Numbered from the stretch's first letter, positions 44,594-54,692 are shown. The stretch is DNA of 64,000 nt from an uncultured Veillonellaceae bacterium (GCA_900314825.1 OMWS01000038.1:1200-65199); one strand, 5' to 3'. A program made the numbers and translations. Notes: generated by a model from the letters alone, not told the origin.

Positions 44594-45754
44594 ATGAAAA
44601 AATATTTTTTCGTGGGATTGGGGCTGGTGCTGGCTTTGACACTGCTGGTGGTTGCTTATGGCGCTTATCTGAATGAAAGGGGAGAAAGCCAGATTGCCCT
44701 GCGCATGGAGGAACGGCAAGCGGAGCTGATTGGTGAGAAAGCCGCAAGGAGAGCGTTTCATCCTCTGGTGAAGTTCTCTGCCGTCAATCTTTATACTGCC
44801 AGCATAGCGGATGCTGTGGCACTTACTGAGGGGCGGATTGTGGAGGCTTATGCTTCTGTCAACAGCTATGTTCACAAGGGTGATCTGCTTTTCAGGCTGG
44901 AAAATGATAACATCGCCCTTTCCATCCAGGAGGCTGAGGCGAGCATCATGAGCGCCAATGCTGAACTGGCCCGTGCCACCAACAATTATGACCGCTATAG
45001 CAAACTGCTGGAGTTTGATGCTGCCTCCAGCCAGCAGTTCGATGAAGCCAAGGCTGCCTATGTGGCGGCCCAGGCAAATTTGCAGGCGGCGGTAGCTAAG
45101 CGGGACATGCTGCTGGTAAATGAATCACGCTGCGAGGTCCGTGCACCTATCGATGGGACAGTGCGCATTATTTACCGACAGCCTGGAACCTACGTACCCA
45201 GTGGCACATCTCTGGCGCTTGTGGGGGATTATAACGAGCTTTATTTTTCCCATCAGGTCAGTGATGACAAGGCCCAAAGGTTGCAAGTGGGACAGGAGGC
45301 AGAGTTTATCTTCCCCGGCAGAGAGTTCAAGAATCTGGATGGGGCTCACGGAGACATGGGAACAGAGCAGGTCTTTCATGGTGTGCTGACGGAGATTGCC
45401 CCGCCCTTGGAGGTGCCGGGCGCAGCCCGCACCCTGCTCTGGCGGATAGATAATCCCTTGGGACTACTGACGCCCCAGACTTACGGCACGGCCTATTTGA
45501 AGCTGGTTCGGGGGGCAGAGGCTCTTTGTGTGCCCCTCTCCGCCCTTACGGACAAGACCAGGCAGACTGTTTTTGTCTACCGGGATGGAAAGCTTGAGCG
45601 CAGAGATGTTGTCACCGGCAGGGATGATGGGGATTATGTCGAGATACTTGGCGGGCTGGAGCCTGGGGAGATTGTCATTGTTTTTGGCACAGAGAATTTG
45701 CAGGATGGGCTAAAGGCAGAAGTAAAGCTGAGGGGTGAGCAGGATGTCAGATAA
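44594..45754 (+). CDS. HlyD/membrane-fusion family periplasmic adaptor
   Basis: N-terminal TM segment MKKYFFVGLGLVLALTLLVVAYG; lipoyl-like GDLLFRLEN; coiled-coil region; beta-barrel region CEVRAPIDGTV. ATG follows GAGGGAG. Confidence 0.75.
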   Translation: MKKYFFVGLGLVLALTLLVVAYGAYLNERGESQIALRMEERQAELIGEKAARRAFHPLVKFSAVNLYTASIADAVALTEGRIVEAYASVNSYVHKGDLLFRLENDNIALSIQEAEASIMSANAELARATNNYDRYSKLLEFDAASSQQFDEAKAAYVAAQANLQAAVAKRDMLLVNESRCEVRAPIDGTVRIIYRQPGTYVPSGTSLALVGDYNELYFSHQVSDDKAQRLQVGQEAEFIFPGREFKNLDGAHGDMGTEQVFHGVLTEIAPPLEVPGAARTLLWRIDNPLGLLTPQTYGTAYLKLVRGAEALCVPLSALTDKTRQTVFVYRDGKLERRDVVTGRDDGDYVEILGGLEPGEIVIVFGTENLQDGLKAEVKLRGEQDVR

Positions 45755-46721
45755 AGAAAAAAATCAGGCAGCAGGCAGTTTCTTCAGCCAGGCAGCCCTG
45801 GACAAGCTGCGTTCCCCGGAGAAACTGGACACCATGGTGCATATTACGGGGCCTATGGGCTGGATGGGGCTGGCCGCCGTCTGCATACTCTGCTTCTCCA
45901 TCGTCCTCTGGTCCATCTACGGTTCCTTTACAGAAAAGGCCGAGGGCATGGGGCTTATCATGGATGTCTCCGGGGTCAGGAGCGTTTCCCATGCTGCCTC
46001 AGGCCGCATTACGGACATTTATGTGAAAACCGGCAGCCATGTGCATGAGGGCCAGCTTATAGCCCATATGGAACAGCCGGAGCAGTCGGCGGATACCCGC
46101 ATGGCCCAGTACGGCACAGAACTGGCGGCCAACGACAGGGATGTGCAGTCCCGGGTCTACCAGTATGATGCCAAACGGCAGCAGCAGACAGCCAACGAGG
46201 ACATCTACTGCGAATATGACGGTATTGTGGACGAAGTCATGGCCTCTGAGGGTCAGATTCTTTCAGCAGGGGCTCCTATCTGTACGGTACGCCTGACCGA
46301 GGAGAGCAAAGACCTTTCAGGAATTTTCTATATTCCTGTGGACAAGGGCAAGCGGGTGGTGCCGGGCATGACTATCCAGCTGGCTCCCAATGGGGTGGAC
46401 GTGAGCCAGACCGGCAGCCTCCTGGGGGTAGTGGAGAGCGTCTCCCAGTATCCCATTTCCTCCGCCGGCATCGAAAAGGGCCTGGGCAATGCCCAGCTGG
46501 CCCAGTATGTGCTATCCAAAGACGGCGGGGCAGCGGTGGAGGTGAAATTCAGCCTGGTGAAGGATGCCTCCTCGGAATCCGGCTATCTATGGACTTCCGT
46601 GGTGGGTAAACATACGCCCATCACCCCGGGCAGCTACTGCACTGGGGCCGTAGTCATCGAGCGGAAGATGCCCATCGAGAAGGTATTTTACAAGATCAGC
46701 CAGTGGCTAAGGAGCAGGTAG
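45744..46721 (+). CDS. NHLM/Nif11-type bacteriocin secretion protein (HlyD-like)
   Basis: FFSQAALDKLRSPEKLDTMVHIT, a TM segment, then GRITDIYVKTGSHVHEGQLIA. It sits directly before the two ABC genes, the order recalled for the TIGR03794/96/97 trio. Confidence 0.7.
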   Translation: MSDKEKNQAAGSFFSQAALDKLRSPEKLDTMVHITGPMGWMGLAAVCILCFSIVLWSIYGSFTEKAEGMGLIMDVSGVRSVSHAASGRITDIYVKTGSHVHEGQLIAHMEQPEQSADTRMAQYGTELAANDRDVQSRVYQYDAKRQQQTANEDIYCEYDGIVDEVMASEGQILSAGAPICTVRLTEESKDLSGIFYIPVDKGKRVVPGMTIQLAPNGVDVSQTGSLLGVVESVSQYPISSAGIEKGLGNAQLAQYVLSKDGGAAVEVKFSLVKDASSESGYLWTSVVGKHTPITPGSYCTGAVVIERKMPIEKVFYKISQWLRSR

Positions 46722-46722
46722 C

Positions 46723-48948
46723 ATGGGGATAAAAGCATGGGAGACTTTGAAAAATAAATACTTTCCCCAGGGCCGCCGAGCCAAGACCCCCACAGTGCTC
46801 CAGATGGAGGCGGTGGAGTGCGGTGCGGCATCGCTTGCCATGGTGCTGGCCTATTACGGCAAATGGCTGCCTCTGGAGCGCTTGCGCCAGGAGTGCGGGG
46901 TTACCCGGGACGGCAGCAATGCCGCCAATATATTGAAGGCAGCCCGCAGGCTGGGCTGTGAGGCCAAGGGTAAGGCAGGAAGGGCCAAAGGCCTTCTGAA
47001 GCAGGATTTTCCCCTGATTCTTTTCTGGGAGTTCAACCATTTTGTGGTCATGGAAGGCTTCAAGGGAGAGACTGTTTTTTTGAACGACCCAGCTATGGGC
47101 AAGCGAAGTGTGCCCTGGCAGGATTTTATTTCCTCATACACTGGGGTGTATCTGCAGATTGCCCCCGGCCCTGATTTCAAGCGGGAGGGACACCCTTACA
47201 GCATTGCCAAGGCTGTGGCCTCAAAGCTCATGCAGGACAAGTGGGCGATGCTCTTTCTGTTGATTCTTGGCCTCTGCATGGTGTTGCCGGGACTGGCGGA
47301 ACCTGCCTTTAACCAGATTTTCATTGACGATATTTTTTCCATGAAGCATCCGGACTGGACCCAGTACCTGCTGCTGGCCATGGGCGGGGCGATTCTTCTG
47401 AACGGCATCATGACTGCCATGCGGGCCTCTGTCCTGCTGGGCTGGCAGAAGAAGCTGACCCTGGCGGATTCCTCCGCCTTCTTCTGGCATGTCCTGCGGC
47501 TGCCCATCACTTTTTTTCAGCAGCGGTTTGCCGGGGAGATTGCCTCCCGCATCCAGTTCAACGAGAGCAACGCAGATGTGCTCTCCGACCAGGCGGCAAC
47601 CTCCCTGCTGGACTGCCTGATTGCCATTTTCTACCTGTTGCTCCTGCTCTCCTACAGCGTGCCTCTTACCTTGATCGGCGTTTCTATCAGCGCCGTGAAT
47701 GTCTTTGTCTTTTTCTATATGCGGCGCAATATGACAGACATCATGATGCACATGCAGCAGGAAAAGGGCAAGGAGTACGGCACCCTCATGTCGGGACTGA
47801 TGATGATTGAGAGCATCAAGGCCAGCGGCACAGAGGGGGACTTCTTTGCCAAATGGGCAGGCTATCAGGCCAAAGGCCTCATGGCCATGCAGAAAATGCA
47901 GTTCTGGTCCCTGAAGGTGAAGCTGCTGCCCACTCTGCTGTCGGGGCTTACCAGCGCCATGGTCATGGCCGTGGGGGGCTTCTCTGTTATGGAAGGGGTC
48001 ATGACTGCCGGTATGTATATGGCGGTTTCCAATCTACTGCCCAAGTTTCAGGAACCTATGAACAAGCTGCTGGCTTTCGGCAATACGCTGCAAACCACAG
48101 AAATGCAGATGCGTCGCCTGGATGATGTGTGGCGCTATGGGATTGACAGGCTGAACTATCCTGAAAAGCCGGTCCCCATGGAAGAAGGGAGCCTACGTCT
48201 GACAGGACAGCTGGAGCTGAAGGACTTGAGCTTTGGCTACAATCCTCTGGAACCGCCCCTGCTGGAGCATTTTGACCTTACCCTGGCCCCCGGGCAGTGG
48301 GCGGCGGTGGTGGGTTCTTCCGGCAGCGGCAAGTCCACCCTGGCCAAGGTGGTGGCAGGGCTCTATGAGGAATGGTCAGGAGAGGTGCTGCTGGATGGCA
48401 AAAGGCGGCGGGAGTTTCCCAGGGAGGCCATCGTCGGCTCCATGGCCATCGTAGACCAGGACGTGTTTCAGATAACGGGAACTGTGGCAGAGAATATTTC
48501 CTTTTTCGACAAGTCTCTGCCCAAGGAGGACATCATGAGAGCAGCCCAGGATGCATGCATACATGAGGACATCCTGAAGCTGAACGGGGGCTATGAGGCC
48601 CAGGTGGCCGAGGGAGGGCTGAACTTCTCCGGCGGCCAGCGGCAGAGGATGGAAATCGCCCGGGCCCTGGCGGGGAATCCCTCCCTGTTGATTCTGGACG
48701 AGGCCACCAGTGCCATCGACCCATTGACGGAGCAGGTCATTCTGAAGAATATCCGCCGCAGAGGCTGCGCCTGCCTGCTGGTGGCCCACCGCCTTTCCAC
48801 CATTCGGGAGGCTGATGAGATCATCGTGCTGGAGTATGGCAAAATCGTGCAGCGGGGCACTCACCGGGAGCTTATAGCAGAGGATGGTCCTTACCGCCGT
48901 CTGGTGGAAGAGCGTGAGGCAGAGGAAGATACAGAGTCTCTGGACTAA
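46723..48948 (+). CDS. peptidase-C39-domain ABC transporter (PCAT; leader-cleaving exporter)
   Basis: C39 active-site region TVLQMEAVECGAASLAMVLAYYG; six-TM ABC core; Walker A GSSGSGKST; signature FSGGQRQR; Walker B LLILDEATSAID. Confidence 0.9.
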   Translation: MGIKAWETLKNKYFPQGRRAKTPTVLQMEAVECGAASLAMVLAYYGKWLPLERLRQECGVTRDGSNAANILKAARRLGCEAKGKAGRAKGLLKQDFPLILFWEFNHFVVMEGFKGETVFLNDPAMGKRSVPWQDFISSYTGVYLQIAPGPDFKREGHPYSIAKAVASKLMQDKWAMLFLLILGLCMVLPGLAEPAFNQIFIDDIFSMKHPDWTQYLLLAMGGAILLNGIMTAMRASVLLGWQKKLTLADSSAFFWHVLRLPITFFQQRFAGEIASRIQFNESNADVLSDQAATSLLDCLIAIFYLLLLLSYSVPLTLIGVSISAVNVFVFFYMRRNMTDIMMHMQQEKGKEYGTLMSGLMMIESIKASGTEGDFFAKWAGYQAKGLMAMQKMQFWSLKVKLLPTLLSGLTSAMVMAVGGFSVMEGVMTAGMYMAVSNLLPKFQEPMNKLLAFGNTLQTTEMQMRRLDDVWRYGIDRLNYPEKPVPMEEGSLRLTGQLELKDLSFGYNPLEPPLLEHFDLTLAPGQWAAVVGSSGSGKSTLAKVVAGLYEEWSGEVLLDGKRRREFPREAIVGSMAIVDQDVFQITGTVAENISFFDKSLPKEDIMRAAQDACIHEDILKLNGGYEAQVAEGGLNFSGGQRQRMEIARALAGNPSLLILDEATSAIDPLTEQVILKNIRRRGCACLLVAHRLSTIREADEIIVLEYGKIVQRGTHRELIAEDGPYRRLVEEREAEEDTESLD

Positions 48949-48978
48949 CCAAAGAGCCTTGAGGAGTTGAGGGTATAG

Positions 48979-51687
48979 ATGAAACTTTTAGCAGGTCAGC
49001 GCACGAAGCTCATGGAGGCGGGCAGGGCTCTTCTGGTGAAGCAGGGCAGGGTAGAGGCTTATGCCCTGATGGAGGAGGGGGGCCACCGTCTCTTCCTGAT
49101 GGAGCTGGAGCCGGGGGAAGCGGCGTTCCATTCTGCTGATGAATTCGGGGACATTACCATAGAGGTGTATGCCCTGGAGGATGCAGCGTTGGAGGAGCTG
49201 TCCCTGGCGGAAGAGCAGGCAGGGACATTAGTGCCCCTGATGCGTCACTGGTTCCAGGAGCTTATCTGCCTGCCCTGGCTGCGCCTGATGGCCGACCGGG
49301 GAGATGAATTCCTGAGAGCCTGGGTGGATGGCTCGGTACTGAGGCAGGCGGGGCAGCAGACAGAAAATCTGCTGGAGGAGTTTGAAGAAAACCAGGGTAT
49401 TTTTGCCATGCTGGCAGGGGTTCGCTTTGCTGCCCAGGATGAAAGGCTGGCTCGCCGCCTGATGGCCCGCAGGAGACATAAGCGCCGCTTGCTGGACGAG
49501 ACCGTGGCCAATCTCTTGGGGGAGGACTGGGTCTCGGTGTCCGGCAGTGGCCAGGGCAGCGCCAAACTGGAAGAGGCCGTCTTTCTGGTGCGGGCCGTGG
49601 CCCATCATCTGGGCATGCCCGAGGAAGACATTGCCCTGAACAAGGAGACGGTAGAAAAGCTGGATGCTTTGGGGGTGCTGCGCCGTCTGGTGGCCAAGGG
49701 CGGCATGGAGATGCGCCTGATAAAGCTGGAAAAGGGTTGGGAAGGCTGGGATTGCGGGGCCATGCTGGGGTATTTCGGCGAGAAGAAACAGCTGGCAGCC
49801 CTGCTGCCCGAATCACCTTCCAGCTACAAGCTGGTGACCAGGGAAAATATGGAGGGTGTGACCCTAACCTCCGAAATGGCCCATAGTGTTTCAGGAGATG
49901 CTTTCCTGGTCTATCCGGGACTGCCGGACAGAAAAATGGGACGGCTGGACTTCCTGCGCTTTATGGCGCGCCATACTTGGCAGACGGACTGGAAGGCCGT
50001 CCTTCTGGCAGGGCTCTTTATGGGGCTTATCCCCCTGCTCACGCCCATAGTCACGGAGACCATGTTCCAGGACCTCATTCCCATCCTGGACCGCAAGGGG
50101 CTGGCCACGGTGACCCAGGTGGTGCTGGTGGCGGGCTTTACCACAGCGGCGCTAACTACAGTGCGCGCCCTGGCTGTGTTGCGCCTGACAGCTATGGGGA
50201 ATCTGCGGGGGCAGGCGGCCCTTTTCGGGCGGCTATTGAAGCTGCCGCCGGGCTTTTTCCGCCGCTTCCAGTCGGGAGAGCTGGCGGAGAGAATGCAGGG
50301 ACTGGACAGGTCTGTCATGCTTCTTACCAGCGAGTCCGTGGGAGCGCTGCTCTCCTTTGCCTGTTCCTTCTGGAGCCTGGGGCTGATGTGCTATTACAGC
50401 ATGAAGCTTACGGGGATGGCCCTTTTGGTCTGGCTGGTCTACCTGGCCATTTCAATTTTCCTGCTCTACCGGCTGACCAGGGCCCAGCGGGATATGACCA
50501 CGGCCAGCAACAAGACCTCCGGCATTCTGGCCCAAATCTTCGCAGGCCTGGCCAAGTTCCGCACCAAGGGTTCAGAGGAACAGGCCTACCACCTCTGGGG
50601 ACAGCAGTTTGCCATTGAATTGGGCCATAATATCCGGGCGCGCCGCCTGAAGAATATCAGCACGGTCATAGCGGCCATGCAGCCCATGCTGCTGACACTT
50701 ATCCTTTACTATAATGGCCTGCTGGAGCTTGCCACTTCCCAGAGTGGCGGCGGGACTGCTGCCGAGGCACTGGGTCTAGGTGCCAAGCCCATGACGGCAG
50801 CCACCTTCATCGCCTTTCAGTCTGCTTTCACCGCTTTCAACACTTCTTTGGTGGCTATTATGCCCATTTTGGAAGGCATGTCTGTCATCAAGCCCTACTT
50901 GGATAATCTCCTGCCCATCTTGGAGGAGATGCCTGAGACCTCCGAGGAGAGGCAGGAAGCCGGCGTGCTTTCCGGGGCCATCGAGGTGAGGAATCTTACT
51001 TTCGGCTACGTGCCGGAGAGCAGGGTGCTGGATGATGTGAGTTTTCGCATCGCTGCAGGAGAGCAGGTGGCCATTGTGGGAAAATCCGGCTGCGGCAAGT
51101 CCACCCTGATTCGCCTGCTGCTGGGCTTTGAGATGCCCCGGCAGGGAGCCGTCTACTATGACGGCCAGGACCTTTCGGAGCTTTCCCTGCCCTCGGTGCG
51201 CTCCCAGATGGGAGTGGTGCTGCAGAATGGGCAGCTCATGAGCGGCGACATCCTGCACAACATTATCGGCACTAATAACCTTACTCTGGATGATGCCTGG
51301 GAGGCGGCAGAGGCGGCAGGCATTGCCGAAGATATCCGCCAGATGCCCATGCAGATGAACACCATCGTCAGCGAAGGCAGCACCAATATTTCCGGTGGGC
51401 AGCGCCAGCGCATCTTGATTGCCAGGGCCCTGGCATTGAAGCCTTCCATCATCGTCTGCGACGAGGCCACCAGCGCTTTGGATAACCGCACCCAGGCCAT
51501 TGTGACCAAGAGCCTGGACAAGCTCCATGCCACCCGCATCATCGTGGCTCACCGTCTGTCCACCATCCGTCATGCAGACAGGATTATCGTGCTGGACAAA
51601 GGCCGCATTGCCGAAACCGGCAGTTTCCAGGAACTGGTGGATAAGGGCGGACTCTTTGCCTCTTTCGTGAAGCGGCAGGTGGCCTGA
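48979..51687 (+). CDS. second ABC transporter of the NHLM-type export system (long N-terminal domain, no C39 Cys motif seen)
   Basis: ~330-aa N-terminal extension; TM domain; Walker A GKSGCGKST; ISGGQRQR; IIVCDEATSALD. Confidence 0.85.
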   Translation: MKLLAGQRTKLMEAGRALLVKQGRVEAYALMEEGGHRLFLMELEPGEAAFHSADEFGDITIEVYALEDAALEELSLAEEQAGTLVPLMRHWFQELICLPWLRLMADRGDEFLRAWVDGSVLRQAGQQTENLLEEFEENQGIFAMLAGVRFAAQDERLARRLMARRRHKRRLLDETVANLLGEDWVSVSGSGQGSAKLEEAVFLVRAVAHHLGMPEEDIALNKETVEKLDALGVLRRLVAKGGMEMRLIKLEKGWEGWDCGAMLGYFGEKKQLAALLPESPSSYKLVTRENMEGVTLTSEMAHSVSGDAFLVYPGLPDRKMGRLDFLRFMARHTWQTDWKAVLLAGLFMGLIPLLTPIVTETMFQDLIPILDRKGLATVTQVVLVAGFTTAALTTVRALAVLRLTAMGNLRGQAALFGRLLKLPPGFFRRFQSGELAERMQGLDRSVMLLTSESVGALLSFACSFWSLGLMCYYSMKLTGMALLVWLVYLAISIFLLYRLTRAQRDMTTASNKTSGILAQIFAGLAKFRTKGSEEQAYHLWGQQFAIELGHNIRARRLKNISTVIAAMQPMLLTLILYYNGLLELATSQSGGGTAAEALGLGAKPMTAATFIAFQSAFTAFNTSLVAIMPILEGMSVIKPYLDNLLPILEEMPETSEERQEAGVLSGAIEVRNLTFGYVPESRVLDDVSFRIAAGEQVAIVGKSGCGKSTLIRLLLGFEMPRQGAVYYDGQDLSELSLPSVRSQMGVVLQNGQLMSGDILHNIIGTNNLTLDDAWEAAEAAGIAEDIRQMPMQMNTIVSEGSTNISGGQRQRILIARALALKPSIIVCDEATSALDNRTQAIVTKSLDKLHATRIIVAHRLSTIRHADRIIVLDKGRIAETGSFQELVDKGGLFASFVKRQVA

Positions 51688-51708
51688 GAATAGGAAGGAA
51701 CAGCTGCA

Positions 51709-52203
51709 ATGACTGATTTTGCAAATATCTACAGCAAGTATTACAAGCGAATATATAACTACCTTTACGGCCAGTTCCTTCACCGCGAGATCGCCGAGGA
51801 TGTGGCTGGCAGTGTGTTTCTGGCGGCCATGGAAAATCTTGAGTGTCACGGGCCGGCAGAGGGGAAGGAAGCTCCCTGGCTCTTTGCCATGGCCCGGAAT
51901 ATGGCGGTGAATTACCGCCTGCAGGCCCGATGCCGCCACGAGGTCAGCGCCTGGGAGTTGCCGGAGAGGCCGGACAAGGACAGCGTACAGGAGCAGGGAA
52001 CCCTGGAGAGCCCTTCCTCCCTCCGTACTTGCCGTATTCTCGAAAAACTGACGGCAGAGGAGCGGGAGCTTCTCTCCCTGCGCTACGGCCTCTGCCTGAC
52101 TAATGAGGAAATCGGGCGGCTCCTGGGGACAAGCCCCAACGCCGTAAGTCACAAGTTCAGCCGTTTGCTGGCCAAATGCCGCCGGATTGACGAGAAAAAA
52201 TAA
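51709..52203 (+). CDS. ECF-type sigma-70 family factor
   Basis: 164 aa. Region-2-like YKRIYNYLYGQFLHREIAEDVAGSVFLAA and region-4 HTH LSLRYGLCLTNEEIGRLLGTSPNAVSHKFSRL. Confidence 0.75.
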   Translation: MTDFANIYSKYYKRIYNYLYGQFLHREIAEDVAGSVFLAAMENLECHGPAEGKEAPWLFAMARNMAVNYRLQARCRHEVSAWELPERPDKDSVQEQGTLESPSSLRTCRILEKLTAEERELLSLRYGLCLTNEEIGRLLGTSPNAVSHKFSRLLAKCRRIDEKK

Positions 52204-52214
52204 AAAATTTTCAG

Positions 52215-52307
52215 GGAGTGGCATTTTTGAAGTGCCTATCTTGTCTATATAAGCAAGAGACCAATTATCAGGGCGTGGCAAAGGGCGGTTCTAAGCAGTA
52301 TAGTTAA
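52215..52307 (+). promoter_or_regulatory. conserved control region (GGAGTGnC..AGTGC, ATCTTGTCTATATAA, truncated copy of the C2 5' end)
   Basis: The 15-mer 52238-52252 is identical to 54278-54292. 52255-52285 is similar to 54430-54460, including a GTG GCx AAG GGx start (MAKGG...) that here stops after 10 codons. Confidence 0.5.
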
Positions 52308-52355
52308 TACGCCCAAGTTATGCTATATGTTTAAAATCCAAAGGAGGACAACAAA

Positions 52356-52604
52356 ATGAATGAGAACGTAAAGAAATTTTTGGAAGAAGCTGAAAAGAAC
52401 GAGAAATTGAAGGCGAAGCTTGCCGCACTGACCGACAAGGAGACTGCCGCAGAGAAGGCTGCCGCCATTGCGAAGGAGTACGGCTTTGACTTGAAGCCGG
52501 AGGATTTCCAGCCCAAGGGAGATGTGGACCTGTCCGATGAAGAGCTGACACGGGTCGCGGGTGGGTTTTATATGGCAATGGCTAATATTACACCGATATC
52601 TTAG
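52356..52604 (+). CDS. RiPP precursor C1 (Nif11-like leader); Cys-free core FYMAMANITPIS
   Basis: MNENVKKFLEEAEKNEKLKAKLAALTDKETAAEKAAAIAKEYGFDLKPEDF...DLSDEELTRVAGG. RBS AAAGGAGG. Confidence 0.8.
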   Translation: MNENVKKFLEEAEKNEKLKAKLAALTDKETAAEKAAAIAKEYGFDLKPEDFQPKGDVDLSDEELTRVAGGFYMAMANITPIS

Positions 52605-52724
52605 GCTGTACCTGCAAAATCATTGGAGAAAGACGTACTTAAAAAACGAATCACCTGGTTAGAAGATCGGGCGCGCTGCCAATTGTGGTGGCGTGCCTTA
52701 ACAATACCTCCCAGGGAGGGAAAA

Positions 52725-54179
52725 ATGTACTACAAATTAAAGAACAAATACAACCTGCGGGGGTGGGAAAAGCTGCCTTACGCCATCGTGGATACCGAGG
52801 CGCATAGGGCATCTTTCGTGGACAAAGGGACCTTCGCTGCGCTGGATTTGTGCAATGGGCGGATTGACCTTGCGCTCCCCCTTGTCCCGCAAAGCATCCG
52901 GGACAGCGTCAAGAAGCTGGAGGCACAGGGTATCGTTGCGCCCTGTGCCCCCGGCGAAGGCATCGCAGAGCGGCAGAAGTACCGCCGTTACCCCAATCGT
53001 TTTATGCAGTCTGCCCACTGGTCAATCACGGGACGATGCAACTGCAAGTGCCGGCACTGTTATCTCTCGGCGGCGGAGGGGCGTTACGGCGAGCTGTCCC
53101 ATGAGGACATTATGAAGATTGTGGGGGGCCTCGGCGAGAGCGGTGTGCTTTCTTGCTCCATCACCGGCGGCGAGGCATTGGTGCGGCCGGACTTCTGGGA
53201 GATCATCGATGGGCTGACGGCGCGGGGGATTGGCATTACCCAGATCTATTCCAATGGTCTCCTCGTAAACAATCGCCTGCTGGACGGCTTCGAGGAGCGG
53301 GGCCTGCACCCTGAGTTTAACATGAGCTTTGACGGCGTGGGGTATCATGACTGGCTGCGGGGGCTCAATGGGGCAGAGAAGGCTGTTCGCCGTGCCTTCG
53401 AGCTGTGCCGTGACCGGGGCTTTCCCACCGGCGCAGAAATGTGCCTGTGGAAAGAAAATGCCCACAGCCTGAGGGAAAGTGTCAACTATCTGGCCTCCGT
53501 GGGTTGCCGGGGTCTCAAGGTCAATCCCGTAGCCGATACGGGGGCATGGCACGAAGGCGGCTATGCCGAAAAACACGGCCTTGCCATGGCGGAGACCTTC
53601 GCTGTCTATTTGGGCTATCTCGACGACTTCTACCGCGATTTGCCGGAGATGGAGGTGCATCTGGGCGGTTTCTTCCTCGCGGACGGGCGGAAGCCGGATG
53701 TGTTCCATCTGCCTGTCATCCATGTATGCAAAGAGCCAGAGAAGGTGTGCCTGTGCTCTCATGCGCGTACAACTATGTATATTTCAGCTGAGGGACGGGC
53801 CTTGACCTGCATGCCCCTTTCCAACATGGACGAGTTCCAGCAAAGGTATCCCAAGATTCAGGAAATCGGTGTCCGGGAATGCCTGAAGGATTCTGCCTAT
53901 ATGGAACTGCTCGACACCTGCGCCACCGCAGTTTTGGAGCATAACGAAAAATGCAGGGATTGCGTCTACCGCCGTCTGTGCCTTGGTGGCTGCCGTGCGG
54001 CGGGCATCATGGTGCACCCCGGAGATATCCTTGCTCCCGACGAATCAAGCTGTGCAATCTTTTGCGGCGGCTGGCTGCAAAAGATTGAGAAAAAGGTAAA
54101 GGCATTGCGCTTCACAGCGGAGTGCGCGGAGCGGAAGCAGCTGCGGGAGCTTGGCCGGGAAGACGAGCTGGCCTGGTGA
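52725..54179 (+). CDS. radical SAM/SPASM peptide maturase (rSAM-2)
   Basis: ITGRCNCKCRHCY (CxxxCxxC), ITGGEALV, and SPASM CSHARTTMYISAEGRALTCMP...CRDCVYRRLCLGGCRAAG. ATG 52725 follows GGGAGGG. Confidence 0.9.
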   Translation: MYYKLKNKYNLRGWEKLPYAIVDTEAHRASFVDKGTFAALDLCNGRIDLALPLVPQSIRDSVKKLEAQGIVAPCAPGEGIAERQKYRRYPNRFMQSAHWSITGRCNCKCRHCYLSAAEGRYGELSHEDIMKIVGGLGESGVLSCSITGGEALVRPDFWEIIDGLTARGIGITQIYSNGLLVNNRLLDGFEERGLHPEFNMSFDGVGYHDWLRGLNGAEKAVRRAFELCRDRGFPTGAEMCLWKENAHSLRESVNYLASVGCRGLKVNPVADTGAWHEGGYAEKHGLAMAETFAVYLGYLDDFYRDLPEMEVHLGGFFLADGRKPDVFHLPVIHVCKEPEKVCLCSHARTTMYISAEGRALTCMPLSNMDEFQQRYPKIQEIGVRECLKDSAYMELLDTCATAVLEHNEKCRDCVYRRLCLGGCRAAGIMVHPGDILAPDESSCAIFCGGWLQKIEKKVKALRFTAECAERKQLRELGREDELAW

Positions 54180-54277
54180 GCAGTAACGGGAAAGATGTTT
54201 TCAATCATCTCGATTACATGAATAAGGGGATGGGTGGGGGAATGCCGCGTGATGTAAGCGACACTTTCGAGGCAGCA

Positions 54278-54292
54278 ATCTTGTCTATATAA
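54278..54292 (+). promoter_or_regulatory. second copy of the ATCTTGTCTATATAA motif
   Basis: Identical 15-mer, with about 20 nt of partially conserved sequence upstream (11/20 matches to 52218-52237). Confidence 0.45.
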
Positions 54293-54470
54293 CGAGTACA
54301 AGATGTCCCTCACTTCCATAAGTGGGGGCGGCAAATTACTAACAGGCGGCGAGTTAATATCTCCCGCCTCGTTGAAAGGCCAAGAGGAAGTTTTGCCTAC
54401 GGCAAAACTGGAACAATGGCCTTATAAGTAAGAGATCAATTATTAAGGCGTGGCGAAGGGAGGGGAGGTT

Positions 54471-54692
54471 GTGGACGAATATGAAGTCGAAATGGACAGG
54501 ATCTTTCGGGAAACTGACTTCGCCGCCGAAAATCACGACCTGAAGGAGCGGCTGTGGCAAAGGCTGCAGGAAAAGGCAACCCGGCGTCAGCAGGAGCCTT
54601 TGAAAAACATTGATGAGGACAGGGAGCTTTCGGATGAGGAGCTGACCCGCCTGGCGGCGGCAGGAAGTATTTTCACCGTGAAAAAAACTTAG
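54471..54692 (+). CDS. RiPP precursor C2 (different leader type); Cys-free C-terminus ...RLAAAG-SIFTVKKT
   Basis: RELSDEELTRLAAAG parallels DLSDEELTRVAGG of C1. GTG 54471 follows GGGAGGGGAGG (alternative GTG 54450). It lies directly upstream of rSAM-3. Confidence 0.6.
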   Translation: MDEYEVEMDRIFRETDFAAENHDLKERLWQRLQEKATRRQQEPLKNIDEDRELSDEELTRLAAAGSIFTVKKT

